From the NCBI GenBank assembly GCA_964291395.2, contig OZ219858.1, positions 64,001 to 128,000 of the forward strand: a DNA stretch of 64,000 bases, read 5' to 3'. The position numbers were made by a program, and so were the translations under genes. The notes below the pieces were generated by a model. It did no database searches. It was given only the letters and a program-made list of their open reading frames with translations, and was not told where the DNA came from. Below, piece by piece: positions 19,885-30,403 of the stretch (positions are counted from its first letter, which is position 1; each line of letters starts with the position of its first letter). The stretch is from Alphaproteobacteria bacterium. Its GTDB lineage: Bacteria > Pseudomonadota > Alphaproteobacteria > UBA2966.

Positions 19885-20292
19885 ATGGCAACCAACGCGG
19901 AGGTCATCAGGCTCGACCCCGATCCCTTCAAGGACTTCCACATCGCCCAGGGTTACCGCGTCGGCGACATCATCATCATCTCAGGGCAGGTGGCCATCAC
20001 CGAGGACGGCCGGATCATCGACGGAGACTTCGACACCCAGGCGGAGGCGACATTCCGCAACATTCAACGTGTGCTCGAAGCGGCCGGCTCGTCGCTGGAC
20101 AAGGTTATCAAGGTCACGATCTACCTGACCGACATGCAGGCACATCGAGGCCGCATCATGGAACTGCGGCGAAAGTGGTTCTCGCCCCCCTATCCGGCAG
20201 ACACGCTGGTCGGCGTGAAGGAACTCGGGCATCCCAGCCGCCTGCTGGAGATCGAGGCGATCGCGCTCGCCAACGGCGACATCATCGGGTGA
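19885..20292 (+). CDS. Rid (YjgF/YER057c/UK114) family protein
   Basis: ATG 19885 follows AGGAG. Motifs ISGQVA, VIKVTIYLTDM and PADTLVGV...LEIEAIA. Confidence 0.88.
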   Translation: MATNAEVIRLDPDPFKDFHIAQGYRVGDIIIISGQVAITEDGRIIDGDFDTQAEATFRNIQRVLEAAGSSLDKVIKVTIYLTDMQAHRGRIMELRRKWFSPPYPADTLVGVKELGHPSRLLEIEAIALANGDIIG

Positions 20293-20335
20293 CGGCCCGG
20301 CCAAGGAAACCCGCAGGCGTACCCGGGTGGGGACC

Positions 20336-20674
20336 TCAGCGCCGGTCCCCCCACTCGCGGGTCGGGCCGGCACCCGCGGGCACCTCGTCGATGATGAAGA
20401 CATCGCCGTCGGAGCATGCCTTGCGGATCTCGGCCGCCGCCTGATATTCGTCCGAGTCGTACCAGGCGTGGGCGGCCTCTCTCGACTCGAAAGCGAGTAT
20501 CACGAAACGTCCGGGCTGGAAGCTTCCCTCCACGATCTCGGCGTCTCCGGCAGCCCCGGCGCGTCCGACATACCATCCGCCATGGGCGGCGACCGTTTTG
20601 GAAACCGAGGCGCTGTAGGCCTTGTAGCCCTCGGGATCGTGGACATTGATGTTGGCGACAACGTAGACGGTCAT
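20336..20674 (-). CDS. DUF1330 family protein
   Basis: Sequence MTVYVVANINVHDPEGYKAY...HGG...EG...FES...AWYDSDEYQ. Confidence 0.85.
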   Translation of the reverse strand: MTVYVVANINVHDPEGYKAYSASVSKTVAAHGGWYVGRAGAAGDAEIVEGSFQPGRFVILAFESREAAHAWYDSDEYQAAAEIRKACSDGDVFIIDEVPAGAGPTREWGDRR

Positions 20675-20875
20675 CGGGGTCCTCCCGGTTCGCTTGCGGC
20701 ATCGGCCGAATGGTGACGCGTCGGCGCGGCACGGTCCAGAGCCGACGGCCGGAACCACGGCCGATCACGAAAGTGTGGCGGTCCCACCCGACACGAGATG
20801 GAATGCTTGGCGGACGTGTCGCGTTTTTGGGCGCGGCCGGTTCGCGCCATGTGGCCGGAGGACGGGGAGAAACCT

Positions 20876-21344
20876 ATGAAACCCGTCACATCGCGCGCTT
20901 TCGCCGTCGCTTGCCTCGCCGTGGCGCTGCTGGTGCCGGATGCGAATCACGCCCAGGCCAAACGCGCCATCACCTACATTACTGATCCCATCCACGCGGA
21001 GGCGGCCACGCGGCTCGAAGCCGAGATCAGCAAGCGATTCAATCGGCCGATCGGTATCTGATCCTCGGCCACGATCACCGCGACCGCAGCGCCGACGGCG
21101 AGGTCTTTTCCGACACCGCGACGGTGATCGCTCGAGAGAAGGCCAAGGACGCGATCATCGGCGGCACCACGAGGACCTGTACGACGCCGTTGTCGCGGCC
21201 GCGCGCGGCGGCCAGAGCCTGGAACAGATGAAGGCATCGATCACGCTCGACGAGTACAAGAACCGGGGTTCCTACGCCGATTGGCGCGAGCTCGACATCG
21301 AAGAGGTCTACGCCCGTGTTGCACTGCAACGACGCGGAGACTGA
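20876..21344 (+). pseudogene. Degraded secreted MBL-fold metallo-hydrolase
   Basis: Fragments in three frames: signal peptide plus TDPIHAEAA; then RYLILGHDHRDRSADGEVFSDTATVIA (a degenerate HxHxDH motif); then the C-terminus EDLYDAVVAAAR...RRGD. The central part is missing. Confidence 0.75.
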
Positions 21345-21421
21345 ACGAATGTGAACCAGGGCGTCCACATGCACAGGACCGGCATGGCAGACTGTGCCGC
21401 AAACGACAAAGGACGAACCCG

Positions 21422-22603
21422 ATGTATGACGCCACCAAGGACATCATCCTGCCGACGACCATCACCGGATCCCTGCCCCGCCCGAAGTGGTTCACGGGAA
21501 ACCTGGGCGCCCGCTCGTTCCTCGAAGCGATGATGGAGTCCGCATACCGGGAACAGTACACGGACACCGTCTCGGCCTATCTCCGGGAACAGGAAACCGC
21601 CGGTCTCGACATCTGCACTGATGGCGACGCCCACTACGACGAACAGATCGGTGGCCAGAGCTGGACGTCCTACCCTCTGTTCCACATGGACGGCTTCGAC
21701 CGGCATCGCCCGGAGCTCTCGCGTATGCAGACGGGCGGCGTCGACTGGCCCAGGGGTCATATCCTGCACGACTACCTGGAAGCCCGGGTGATGCCGCGCA
21801 TCATCGGCCCCGTAGGGCGCGGCGATCTCCAGTACACGGAAATGTGGAAGACGGCCCAGGGTCTGACGCCCAAGCCCGTGAAGTTCGGCACCATCGTGCC
21901 CGACCTACTCGCCATGGCAGTGCAGGACGACTACTACGAGGATCCCGTCGACCGCCTTATGGCGCTGAGCGCGGCGATCCACGAAGAACTCACGGCGCTC
22001 GCCGACGCCGGCTGCCGCGTCATCCAAATCGAGGAGCCGCCGTTGCACCTGATCCCGGGTCGGGGCTCCGTGTTCGACAAGCTCGGCATGCCCGAGCTCG
22101 TGGAGGTGTTCAACGCCACCGCCAAGGGCCTACGGGACAAGACCGAGGTCTGGTGCCACACCTGCTGGGGCAACCCATGCCAGCAGGGCGTCTTCTCGGA
22201 CGTGCACAGCTACGAGCCGGCTCTCGAATACATGAACCAGCTCGACGCCGACGTGATCACGTTCGAGTCGTGCAGCACGGGACATATGGATATCGAGGCC
22301 ATCGGCAGGACCATCACTGACAAGAAGATCGCCATCGGCGTCATCAACCACCGCACCCTCCAGGTCGAAAGCCCCCGAGAGGTCGCCGAGAGCATCCGCA
22401 CGGCGCTGAAGCACGTCCCGGCCGAGCGACTGGTCATCAGCACCGACTGTGGCATGGGGCGCGAGGGCATGAGCCGACGCCATGCGCGGTACAAGGTGGT
22501 CGCCCTGGTTCAAGGCACGAACATCGTGCGCCGCGAGCTCGGCCTGCCCGAAGCGGAATGCCTGGCGGCGGACGAGCGATATTCGCTGGTGACGGGGGAG
22601 TAG
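21422..22603 (+). CDS. Cobalamin-independent methionine synthase II family protein (single-barrel MetE-like)
   Basis: Motifs TTITGSLPRP, GLDICTDGD and IQIEEP. Zn ligands in HTCWGN, FES and TDCG. Confidence 0.85.
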   Translation: MYDATKDIILPTTITGSLPRPKWFTGNLGARSFLEAMMESAYREQYTDTVSAYLREQETAGLDICTDGDAHYDEQIGGQSWTSYPLFHMDGFDRHRPELSRMQTGGVDWPRGHILHDYLEARVMPRIIGPVGRGDLQYTEMWKTAQGLTPKPVKFGTIVPDLLAMAVQDDYYEDPVDRLMALSAAIHEELTALADAGCRVIQIEEPPLHLIPGRGSVFDKLGMPELVEVFNATAKGLRDKTEVWCHTCWGNPCQQGVFSDVHSYEPALEYMNQLDADVITFESCSTGHMDIEAIGRTITDKKIAIGVINHRTLQVESPREVAESIRTALKHVPAERLVISTDCGMGREGMSRRHARYKVVALVQGTNIVRRELGLPEAECLAADERYSLVTGE

Positions 22604-22606
22604 GGT

Positions 22607-24205
22607 TCAGGCTGCGTCTTCGAGGATCATCGCGGCGGCCTTCTCGCCGATCATGATGGCCGCGGCGTTGGTGTTGCCGGAGACGATCGTCGGCATGATG
22701 GAGGCATCGGCGACGCGCAACCCCTCGATGCCGCGGACCCTGAGACGCGGATCGACCACCGCGCCATCATCGACGCCCATGCGGCAGGTCCCCGTGGGGT
22801 GATAGATGGTGCCGCCGATCTCACGCGCGCACGCCAGCAGTTCCTCGTCGGTCCGATAGTCGGGGCCGGGGTCGACCTCGCGCTTGACGTACCTCGCAAA
22901 GGCCGGCTTGGCGGCGATCTCTCGCGCAAGCTTCATGCCGGCGACGGTTGTCGTGCGATCGATCTCCTCGGCCAGATAGTTAGGACGGATCCTCGGATGA
23001 ATCTTGGGATCGCTCGACGTGACCATGATGTCGCCCCGGCTCTCGGGTCGGCATTGCGAGGACACCAGCGTCACCCCTGGAAAATCGTGCAGGCCCAGGC
23101 GGGGATTGGGCGTGCTGAGGGGCATGAGGAACAATTGGAGGTCGGGTGTCGTCAATTCGGGGCGCGAGCGCGTAAAGAGAAAAGCTTGCCCGGCGGAGAT
23201 GGTGAGCGGCCCCTTGCGCGTCAGCAAGTACTGGATACCCATCATCAGCTTCTTGAACGGGTCGCGGACATCGCCGTTCAGGGAATGAAGCCCGTCCAGT
23301 TCGAAGACGCCGCGCACCTGGAAATGATCCTGGAGATTGCGGCCAACCTCCGGCAGGTCGTGCACCACCGGGATTCCCAAGTCGCGCAGATGTTCCGGAT
23401 CGCCGATACCGGAAAGCTGCAGCAACTGCGGTGAGTTGACCGAGCCGCCCGACAACACGATCTCGCGGTTCGCCCGAACCTGCCCTTCCTCGCCTCCGCG
23501 CGTATAGTCGATCGCCGTTGCGCGTCCCTCCTCGACGAGGATGCCGGTCACGAGCGCTCGCGTCATGACTCGGAAATTAGGGCGTTTCCTGGCCGGCCGC
23601 AGGAATGCTACCGAGGCGCTGGAGCGGAGTCCGTTGCGCGTCGTCGTCTGATAATACCCAATGCCGTCCTGGTAGACCCCGTTGTAGTCTGGATTGTCCT
23701 GGAATCCTGCCTCCCGACAAGCCTCGAGAAAGGCCTCGCAGGCAGGGCGCCGGTCGGAGATCTCCTGGACACCCAGGTAGCCGCCCACGGCACGGTAGTC
23801 GTCCGCGCCTTTCTCGTAGTCCTCCGAGCGCTTGAAATGGGGTAGGACGTCCTCATAGCTCCATCCCGTGTTGCCGAGCTGGCGCCAATGGTCGTAGTCC
23901 GCGTCCTGGCCCCGGACATAAAGAATACCGTTGATCGAACTGCTGCCGCCCAGCACCCGCCCGCGTGGCCAAGCGATCTTGCGTCCGTTGAGGTTGGGAT
24001 CCGGCTCCGTCTCGTAGTGCCAGGAGAGGTCGGGATGGTACATGTTCCTGTAGTAGCCGACGGGGATGTGAATCCACGGGTTCCAGTCCCGCCCGCCCGC
24101 TTCCAGCAGCAGTACCTTGTTCCTCGGGTCTTCGGATAGCCGGCTGGCCACAACGCAGCCAGCGGATCCCGCACCGATGATGATGTAATCGTAGGTCTCG
24201 CTCAC
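22607..24205 (-). CDS. GMC oxidoreductase (choline dehydrogenase-like)
   Basis: Motifs [30 protein letters not shown] and GNTNA. GTG start follows GGGAGG. Confidence 0.92.
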   Translation of the reverse strand: MSETYDYIIIGAGSAGCVVASRLSEDPRNKVLLLEAGGRDWNPWIHIPVGYYRNMYHPDLSWHYETEPDPNLNGRKIAWPRGRVLGGSSSINGILYVRGQDADYDHWRQLGNTGWSYEDVLPHFKRSEDYEKGADDYRAVGGYLGVQEISDRRPACEAFLEACREAGFQDNPDYNGVYQDGIGYYQTTTRNGLRSSASVAFLRPARKRPNFRVMTRALVTGILVEEGRATAIDYTRGGEEGQVRANREIVLSGGSVNSPQLLQLSGIGDPEHLRDLGIPVVHDLPEVGRNLQDHFQVRGVFELDGLHSLNGDVRDPFKKLMMGIQYLLTRKGPLTISAGQAFLFTRSRPELTTPDLQLFLMPLSTPNPRLGLHDFPGVTLVSSQCRPESRGDIMVTSSDPKIHPRIRPNYLAEEIDRTTTVAGMKLAREIAAKPAFARYVKREVDPGPDYRTDEELLACAREIGGTIYHPTGTCRMGVDDGAVVDPRLRVRGIEGLRVADASIMPTIVSGNTNAAAIMIGEKAAAMILEDAA

Positions 24206-24258
24206 GCGCGCCCTCCCAGGCTTCACGGATATACGGGCCGGCGGGAGCAATCAAGGAC

Positions 24259-24334
<76 letters not shown>

Positions 24335-24396
24335 TCTGCGCGATTGAGTAGTCGAGCGTCCGGGCAAAGGCAAGAGCCCGAGGCACGCCTTGCCCA

Positions 24397-25554
24397 TTAT
24401 AACTCCTCCATCTGGGCGCGCCGGGGCAGGCGTACGTCGCGGTGGATGTAGACGCTCATGACCAGCCCGAAGCCCACCAGGATGGTCACCATGGCGGTGC
24501 CCCCGTAGGAAACGAGCGGCAGCGGCACGCCGACGACGGGCACCAGGCCCGTCACCATGGCGATGTTGATGAAAAAATAGACGAAGAAGGTCGCCGCGAT
24601 CCCCATCGCCAGCAGGCGTCCGAATTGATTGCGCGAGCGCAGCGCGATGGCGATGGCATAAATGAGCATGACGACATAGAGCGCCAGCAGACCGAGCGCC
24701 CCCACCAAACCCAACTCCTCCGCAAGCATCGTGAAGATAAAGTCGGTCTGCATCTCGGGCAGGAAGTTGAGATGGCTCTGGGTTCCCTGCAAGAAGCCCT
24801 TGCCGAACAGGCCGCCCGAACCCAACGCGATCTTCGACTGCAGAATGTGATAGCCGGCACCCAGGGGATCGCGCTCGGGGCTGAGGAAAATGAGGATGCG
24901 CTCACGCTGGTAATCGTGCAGGTAGTGCCAAGCGAAGGGGACGGCCGCTACGGCGGCCATGATCGCGGCGCCGAACATCCACAGCCGCACGCCGGCGAGA
25001 AAGAACATTGACACGGCGCCGATCAACAGCAAAAGCGCCGTTCCGAGGTCCGGCTGGCGCAATACCAGCGCCACTGGAATGATCACCATCAACGTCGGCA
25101 CGACGAGTCTCCGCGACTGGGCGACATCTTCGTGGGCGACGCCGTGGAAATAGCGGGCGAGCGCCAGAACGAGAGCGATTTTCATAACCTCCGATGGCTG
25201 CAGTTGGAAGGGGCCGAGATCGACCCACCGCTGCGCCCCCATGCCGACTGTCCCGACGACCTCCACGGCGACCAGCAGCGCCAGGGCGACGCCGTAGATG
25301 AGGAACGCCGCCCGCAGCCAGAACCGGACGTCCACGACGGCGACGATCAGCATCAGAGTGAAACCCACACCAAAACGGATCAGTTGTCGTGATACCCACG
25401 TTTCGGTCGAGCCGCCCGAGATCGAATACAACGTTGCGAACCCGATCAAGGCCGTGATGACGATGAGTAGCATGAGACCCCAGTTCAGCTGCCAGATACG
25501 CTGAACAAAAGTGAGGCGGCTCTCGCTCAGGTTGTTTGAGGTTCGGACCGCCAT
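24397..25554 (-). CDS. rodA: Rod shape-determining protein RodA
   Basis: Motifs GAQRW, QPSEVMK, QPDLGT and LPEMQTDFIF. Lies downstream of mrdA. Confidence 0.96.
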   Translation of the reverse strand: MAVRTSNNLSESRLTFVQRIWQLNWGLMLLIVITALIGFATLYSISGGSTETWVSRQLIRFGVGFTLMLIVAVVDVRFWLRAAFLIYGVALALLVAVEVVGTVGMGAQRWVDLGPFQLQPSEVMKIALVLALARYFHGVAHEDVAQSRRLVVPTLMVIIPVALVLRQPDLGTALLLLIGAVSMFFLAGVRLWMFGAAIMAAVAAVPFAWHYLHDYQRERILIFLSPERDPLGAGYHILQSKIALGSGGLFGKGFLQGTQSHLNFLPEMQTDFIFTMLAEELGLVGALGLLALYVVMLIYAIAIALRSRNQFGRLLAMGIAATFFVYFFINIAMVTGLVPVVGVPLPLVSYGGTAMVTILVGFGLVMSVYIHRDVRLPRRAQMEEL

Positions 25555-25555
25555 G

Positions 25556-27436
25556 TCAAATCTCGGTGGGCGTTTCGTCCGCGACGAGCTCGCCGACTGC
25601 CAGCACCCGGCCCGGATCTCGCCGTTGCACTTCTGCCAGCACATCGCGTGCCACGGGAGCCGCCGCGGAAGCACCGCCGCCACCGTGTTCGATCACTACC
25701 GCCACCGCATAGCGGGGGCTGTCGAAAGGCGCGAAACCCACGAACAGCCCGTGGTCCCGGTCCCTCCACGGGCGCTCTTCGTTCTTCAGCAGGCGCGTCT
25801 GTCGCTCGGCCTTGGTGATGCGTCGGACCTGAACGGTTCCTGTCTTCCCCGCGATCTCCATGCCGGGCTTGCGGATTCGGGAGCGGTAGGCCGTGCCGCG
25901 AGGACTGTTACTGACCAGATCCATCGCCCGGTGAATGAGTGACAGGGATCCCGCCGATAGTCCGAGCGCCTCCCGTGGCGGGGGCGCCGTCGCCTGCTGA
26001 ACCGATGCCTGCGGCTCATGCGCGATCAGCGTCGGCTTCACCCGGAACCCGCCGTTCGCGATCTGGGCGGTCATGACGGCCAGTTGCAACGGCGTGACCA
26101 GCAGATAGCCTTGACCGATTCCTGTCACCAGCGTCTCGCCCTGGTGCCAGGGTTGACCGAGGCGCTCTCGCTTCCATTCGCGGCTCGGGACGAGGCCGTC
26201 CTTCTCGCCCTCGATGCCGATGTCGGTGGGAACCCCGAGGCCCAACCGCTTGGCCATCTGGCTGATCCGGTCGACGCCGACGCGGCGCGCGACGTCGTAG
26301 AAATGAATATCGCAGGACTGCTCGATGGCGTTGACCAGCGACAGCTTTCCGTGGCCACCCTTTTTCCAGCAATGAAAGAAGCGGTCGCCGAATTCGATCC
26401 TGCCGGAGCAGAATACCCGATGGTCGGTCGAGATCACCCCGGCTTCCAGGCCAGCCAGCGCGACGATCATCTTGAAGGTCGACCCCGGCGCGTACTGGCC
26501 GCTGACCGCGCGATGCACCAGCGGCGTTCGGGGATGGCGACTCAACGCACGCCATTGTTCCACGCTGAGGCCTAGATTGAAGGCATTCGGGTCGAAGCTC
26601 GGCGCCGAAACGAGAGCCAGCACGTCTCCCGTATGCACGTCCATGACCACCACCGATCCGGCTTCGTTGCCCAGGCGTTCGTGTGCGAAGCGCTGCAACT
26701 CCATATCGATGGACAGACGGACGTCCCGTCCGGGCTCGCCGTCTTCCCTTTCGAGCTCGCGAATGGCCCGGCCGTAGGCGTTGACCTCGACCTGGCTGTT
26801 TCCGGCCGTGCCACGAAGCACTTTCTCACGAGCCTTCTCGATACCACTCTTGCCAATACGGAACCCGGGAAGCTCAAGCAGCGGATCGCCGGTCTGCTCT
26901 TCCGGCGATACGGGGCCAACGTAGCCGACGGGATGGGCCAACGACTGGCCGTAAGGATAGAATCGCGTTTCTCCGACGTCGGGCTGTACGCCAGGCAAAT
27001 CGGGCATGTGCACATTAATCCGCGCAAACTCTTCCCAAGACAGGTTTTCGAGGACCGTAACCGGCATGAAGCTGGCGTTGCGTTCGGCATCGCGCAGCAC
27101 CCGCCGCTGGTCACGGTCGTCGAGCGACACCAGACTCCGCAGCACGAAAAGGGTTCGTTCCACGCTGGGCGTCTGCTCGGGAATCAGAAGAATCCGATAG
27201 TTCCGCCGATTCCTGGCCACCTCGACTCCGAAGCGGTCGAGGATTCGACCCCGGGTCCGCGGCAACAAACGCCAGGAAATCCGGTTCTCGTCGGCGAGCA
27301 CGCGGTAGCGGTCGGCGCTGACCACCTGGAGGTAATAGAGACGTCCCACGAGTACGGTAGTGAGCGCCGCCGCGCCGCCCGAAAATATCAACGCCCGACG
27401 GGTGAATGCCTTCTGCCGTACGATATCTTGCTGCAT
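25556..27436 (-). CDS. mrdA: Penicillin-binding protein 2
   Basis: Motifs RGRILDR, PGSTFK (SxxK), SCD and GKTGT. Confidence 0.96.
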   Translation of the reverse strand: MQQDIVRQKAFTRRALIFSGGAAALTTVLVGRLYYLQVVSADRYRVLADENRISWRLLPRTRGRILDRFGVEVARNRRNYRILLIPEQTPSVERTLFVLRSLVSLDDRDQRRVLRDAERNASFMPVTVLENLSWEEFARINVHMPDLPGVQPDVGETRFYPYGQSLAHPVGYVGPVSPEEQTGDPLLELPGFRIGKSGIEKAREKVLRGTAGNSQVEVNAYGRAIRELEREDGEPGRDVRLSIDMELQRFAHERLGNEAGSVVVMDVHTGDVLALVSAPSFDPNAFNLGLSVEQWRALSRHPRTPLVHRAVSGQYAPGSTFKMIVALAGLEAGVISTDHRVFCSGRIEFGDRFFHCWKKGGHGKLSLVNAIEQSCDIHFYDVARRVGVDRISQMAKRLGLGVPTDIGIEGEKDGLVPSREWKRERLGQPWHQGETLVTGIGQGYLLVTPLQLAVMTAQIANGGFRVKPTLIAHEPQASVQQATAPPPREALGLSAGSLSLIHRAMDLVSNSPRGTAYRSRIRKPGMEIAGKTGTVQVRRITKAERQTRLLKNEERPWRDRDHGLFVGFAPFDSPRYAVAVVIEHGGGGASAAAPVARDVLAEVQRRDPGRVLAVGELVADETPTEI

Positions 27437-27437
27437 G

Positions 27438-27953
27438 TCAGGCCCTTCGCAGCGCCGTCCGAGCGATGCGGGCAAAAATCCAGACGACGCAGGGATAAGT
27501 GGCCAATGTCAGGGCCCCCTGCAGCGCCACCGGGCGCGGATCCACCAGGGCCACGAAATAGATGCAGGAAATCAACCAGCCGGTCATGGTTGTGCCGAGC
27601 ACGACGAGGGAGAAGCCGAACCATTCGACGGGAAAGGTCCGTCCCAGGAACGCCCGGCGCTGCGTGGAGACGAGGCCGTAAACGACGACCAGGATCAGCG
27701 CGAACAGGCCGAGCGGCCCACCCGTAAGACCATCCTGCGCCAGGCCGAGGACGAACACCACCGGCGCCGGCAACAGTTCCGGCCGGTAGATGCTCCAGTG
27801 ATAGACCGCCATCAACGCGAAGAAGGGCGTCACCTCGGGCAGTCCGGAGAGACCCATGGGTACCACCGAAACGAATACGGCGGCGAGTGTCAGCGCGCCC
27901 GGTGTCAGCAGACGCAGGCGGATACCGAAGCGGCGCCAGGTCAGGCTGTTCAT
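27438..27953 (-). CDS. mreD: Rod shape-determining protein MreD
   Basis: Hydrophobic protein with YHWSIYRP and GLAQDGLTGGPLG. Lies between mreC and mrdA. Confidence 0.9.
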   Translation of the reverse strand: MNSLTWRRFGIRLRLLTPGALTLAAVFVSVVPMGLSGLPEVTPFFALMAVYHWSIYRPELLPAPVVFVLGLAQDGLTGGPLGLFALILVVVYGLVSTQRRAFLGRTFPVEWFGFSLVVLGTTMTGWLISCIYFVALVDPRPVALQGALTLATYPCVVWIFARIARTALRRA

Positions 27954-28831
27954 CGCGGCGTCCGACCCCTTCTGGCGGCCACGCTGCGAGAGGGCGGACG
28001 GTCGAAGTCGTGCTTGACGATGCGCACGTAGTCGAGCCGCTGAAACTGGACGAAGGGCTGGACATAGGGCACGCCGTCCGCCACCGACGTGACCACGCCG
28101 ATGGGCAGTTCCGCGGGGAACACGCCACCATGACCCGACGTGACGACGCGGTCACCGGGGCCCAACTGCGCGCCTGCGGGGAGGTAGTTGAGCCGAAGGG
28201 CGTTCGAGTTGTCGCCTTCCAGCACGCCCCGATCGCGCGAAGGTTCGAGAACGGCGGGAACCCGCGAGTTGAGGTCGGTGATCAGGAGGATTCGGGAGGA
28301 CCTCAAGCCGACTTCAGCCACCCGTCCCACGAGGCCATCCCCGTTGATCGCCGCTTGTCCCTTGACGACACCGTCCCGACTGCCTGCGTTGAGCAGAATG
28401 GTGCGGACAAAGGGTCCTCCGGAATCACCGATCACCCGAGCCGAGACGAACGTCGAAGACGGGTCCACCCGCGCGTTGAGCAAAGCCGTCAGCCCCACGT
28501 GCTGCTGCTGCAGTCGAAGGGCAGTGGCCCGCCAGTGCTTGAGTCGCGCGTTCTCCTCCCGAAGCCGCGCGTTCTCGTCGTGCAGATGCACAAGGAACCT
28601 AGCCTCCTCCATGACGCGGCTGAACGTGATCGCGGGCCGTGACAGGACTTCGAGGACGGGCGATGCGGTGTCGAGCAAGACCGTTCGAAAACGTTCAACC
28701 GCTCCGGTGTTGGATTTGTTGAGCAGCATCAGGACCACCGCCGCGGCGGCGAGCAGAACAAACGCAAAGCGCTGGACCATGACCTTGCCGGACATGGCGT
28801 CCCGCTGAGTGTTGCCGCCCCGTTGTCTCAC
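27950..28831 (-). CDS. mreC: Rod shape-determining protein MreC
   Basis: Coiled coil (ENARLREENARL), GLVGRV and TSGHGGVFP. Confidence 0.93.
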   Translation of the reverse strand: MRQRGGNTQRDAMSGKVMVQRFAFVLLAAAAVVLMLLNKSNTGAVERFRTVLLDTASPVLEVLSRPAITFSRVMEEARFLVHLHDENARLREENARLKHWRATALRLQQQHVGLTALLNARVDPSSTFVSARVIGDSGGPFVRTILLNAGSRDGVVKGQAAINGDGLVGRVAEVGLRSSRILLITDLNSRVPAVLEPSRDRGVLEGDNSNALRLNYLPAGAQLGPGDRVVTSGHGGVFPAELPIGVVTSVADGVPYVQPFVQFQRLDYVRIVKHDFDRPPSRSVAARRGRTPR

Positions 28832-29288
28832 CCGATCATCCCCCGCTATCCGCCTCCGGCCGATATTCCTAACCTACCGGCCGGGCGGGCGATTCGCATC
28901 CATGGCGGTTCGAGTCGGGCTTGAACCGCCACGGAGGCCGCGACGCGGCCCGCCGGGGGAGAGGATCGGTGCCACACACGGACAAACGACAGATATGGAA
29001 ACCTGACGCGGTCGCCCTGAACCATGTTTCGCCAAATCGGCCACACGCTTCCCGCTCTACTTCAATATTCTACACGAACCTTGCAATACGTGCGAGTATA
29101 AAATCACCAATTAAGAAAATTTGTGGTGACTCCGGCACCGGTATCCACAGGCGGACAAACGACAGACACGGTGTCCACGAACACCCCCTCCCCCGCCCTG
29201 ACTCCCCGGGCGCGGAGCGGAAATCCGCCGTCACAGGCGAAAACGAATGTCGAATGTCGGAGCGATTCCAGTCGAACGGAAACCGCCC

Positions 29289-30332
<1,044 letters not shown>

Positions 30333-30403
30333 TCAGACTCCAGATCAGGGGGACGAACCACACCTCCGTCCCCCAATATTGACCACGGGCAGACGACCTC
30401 TCG

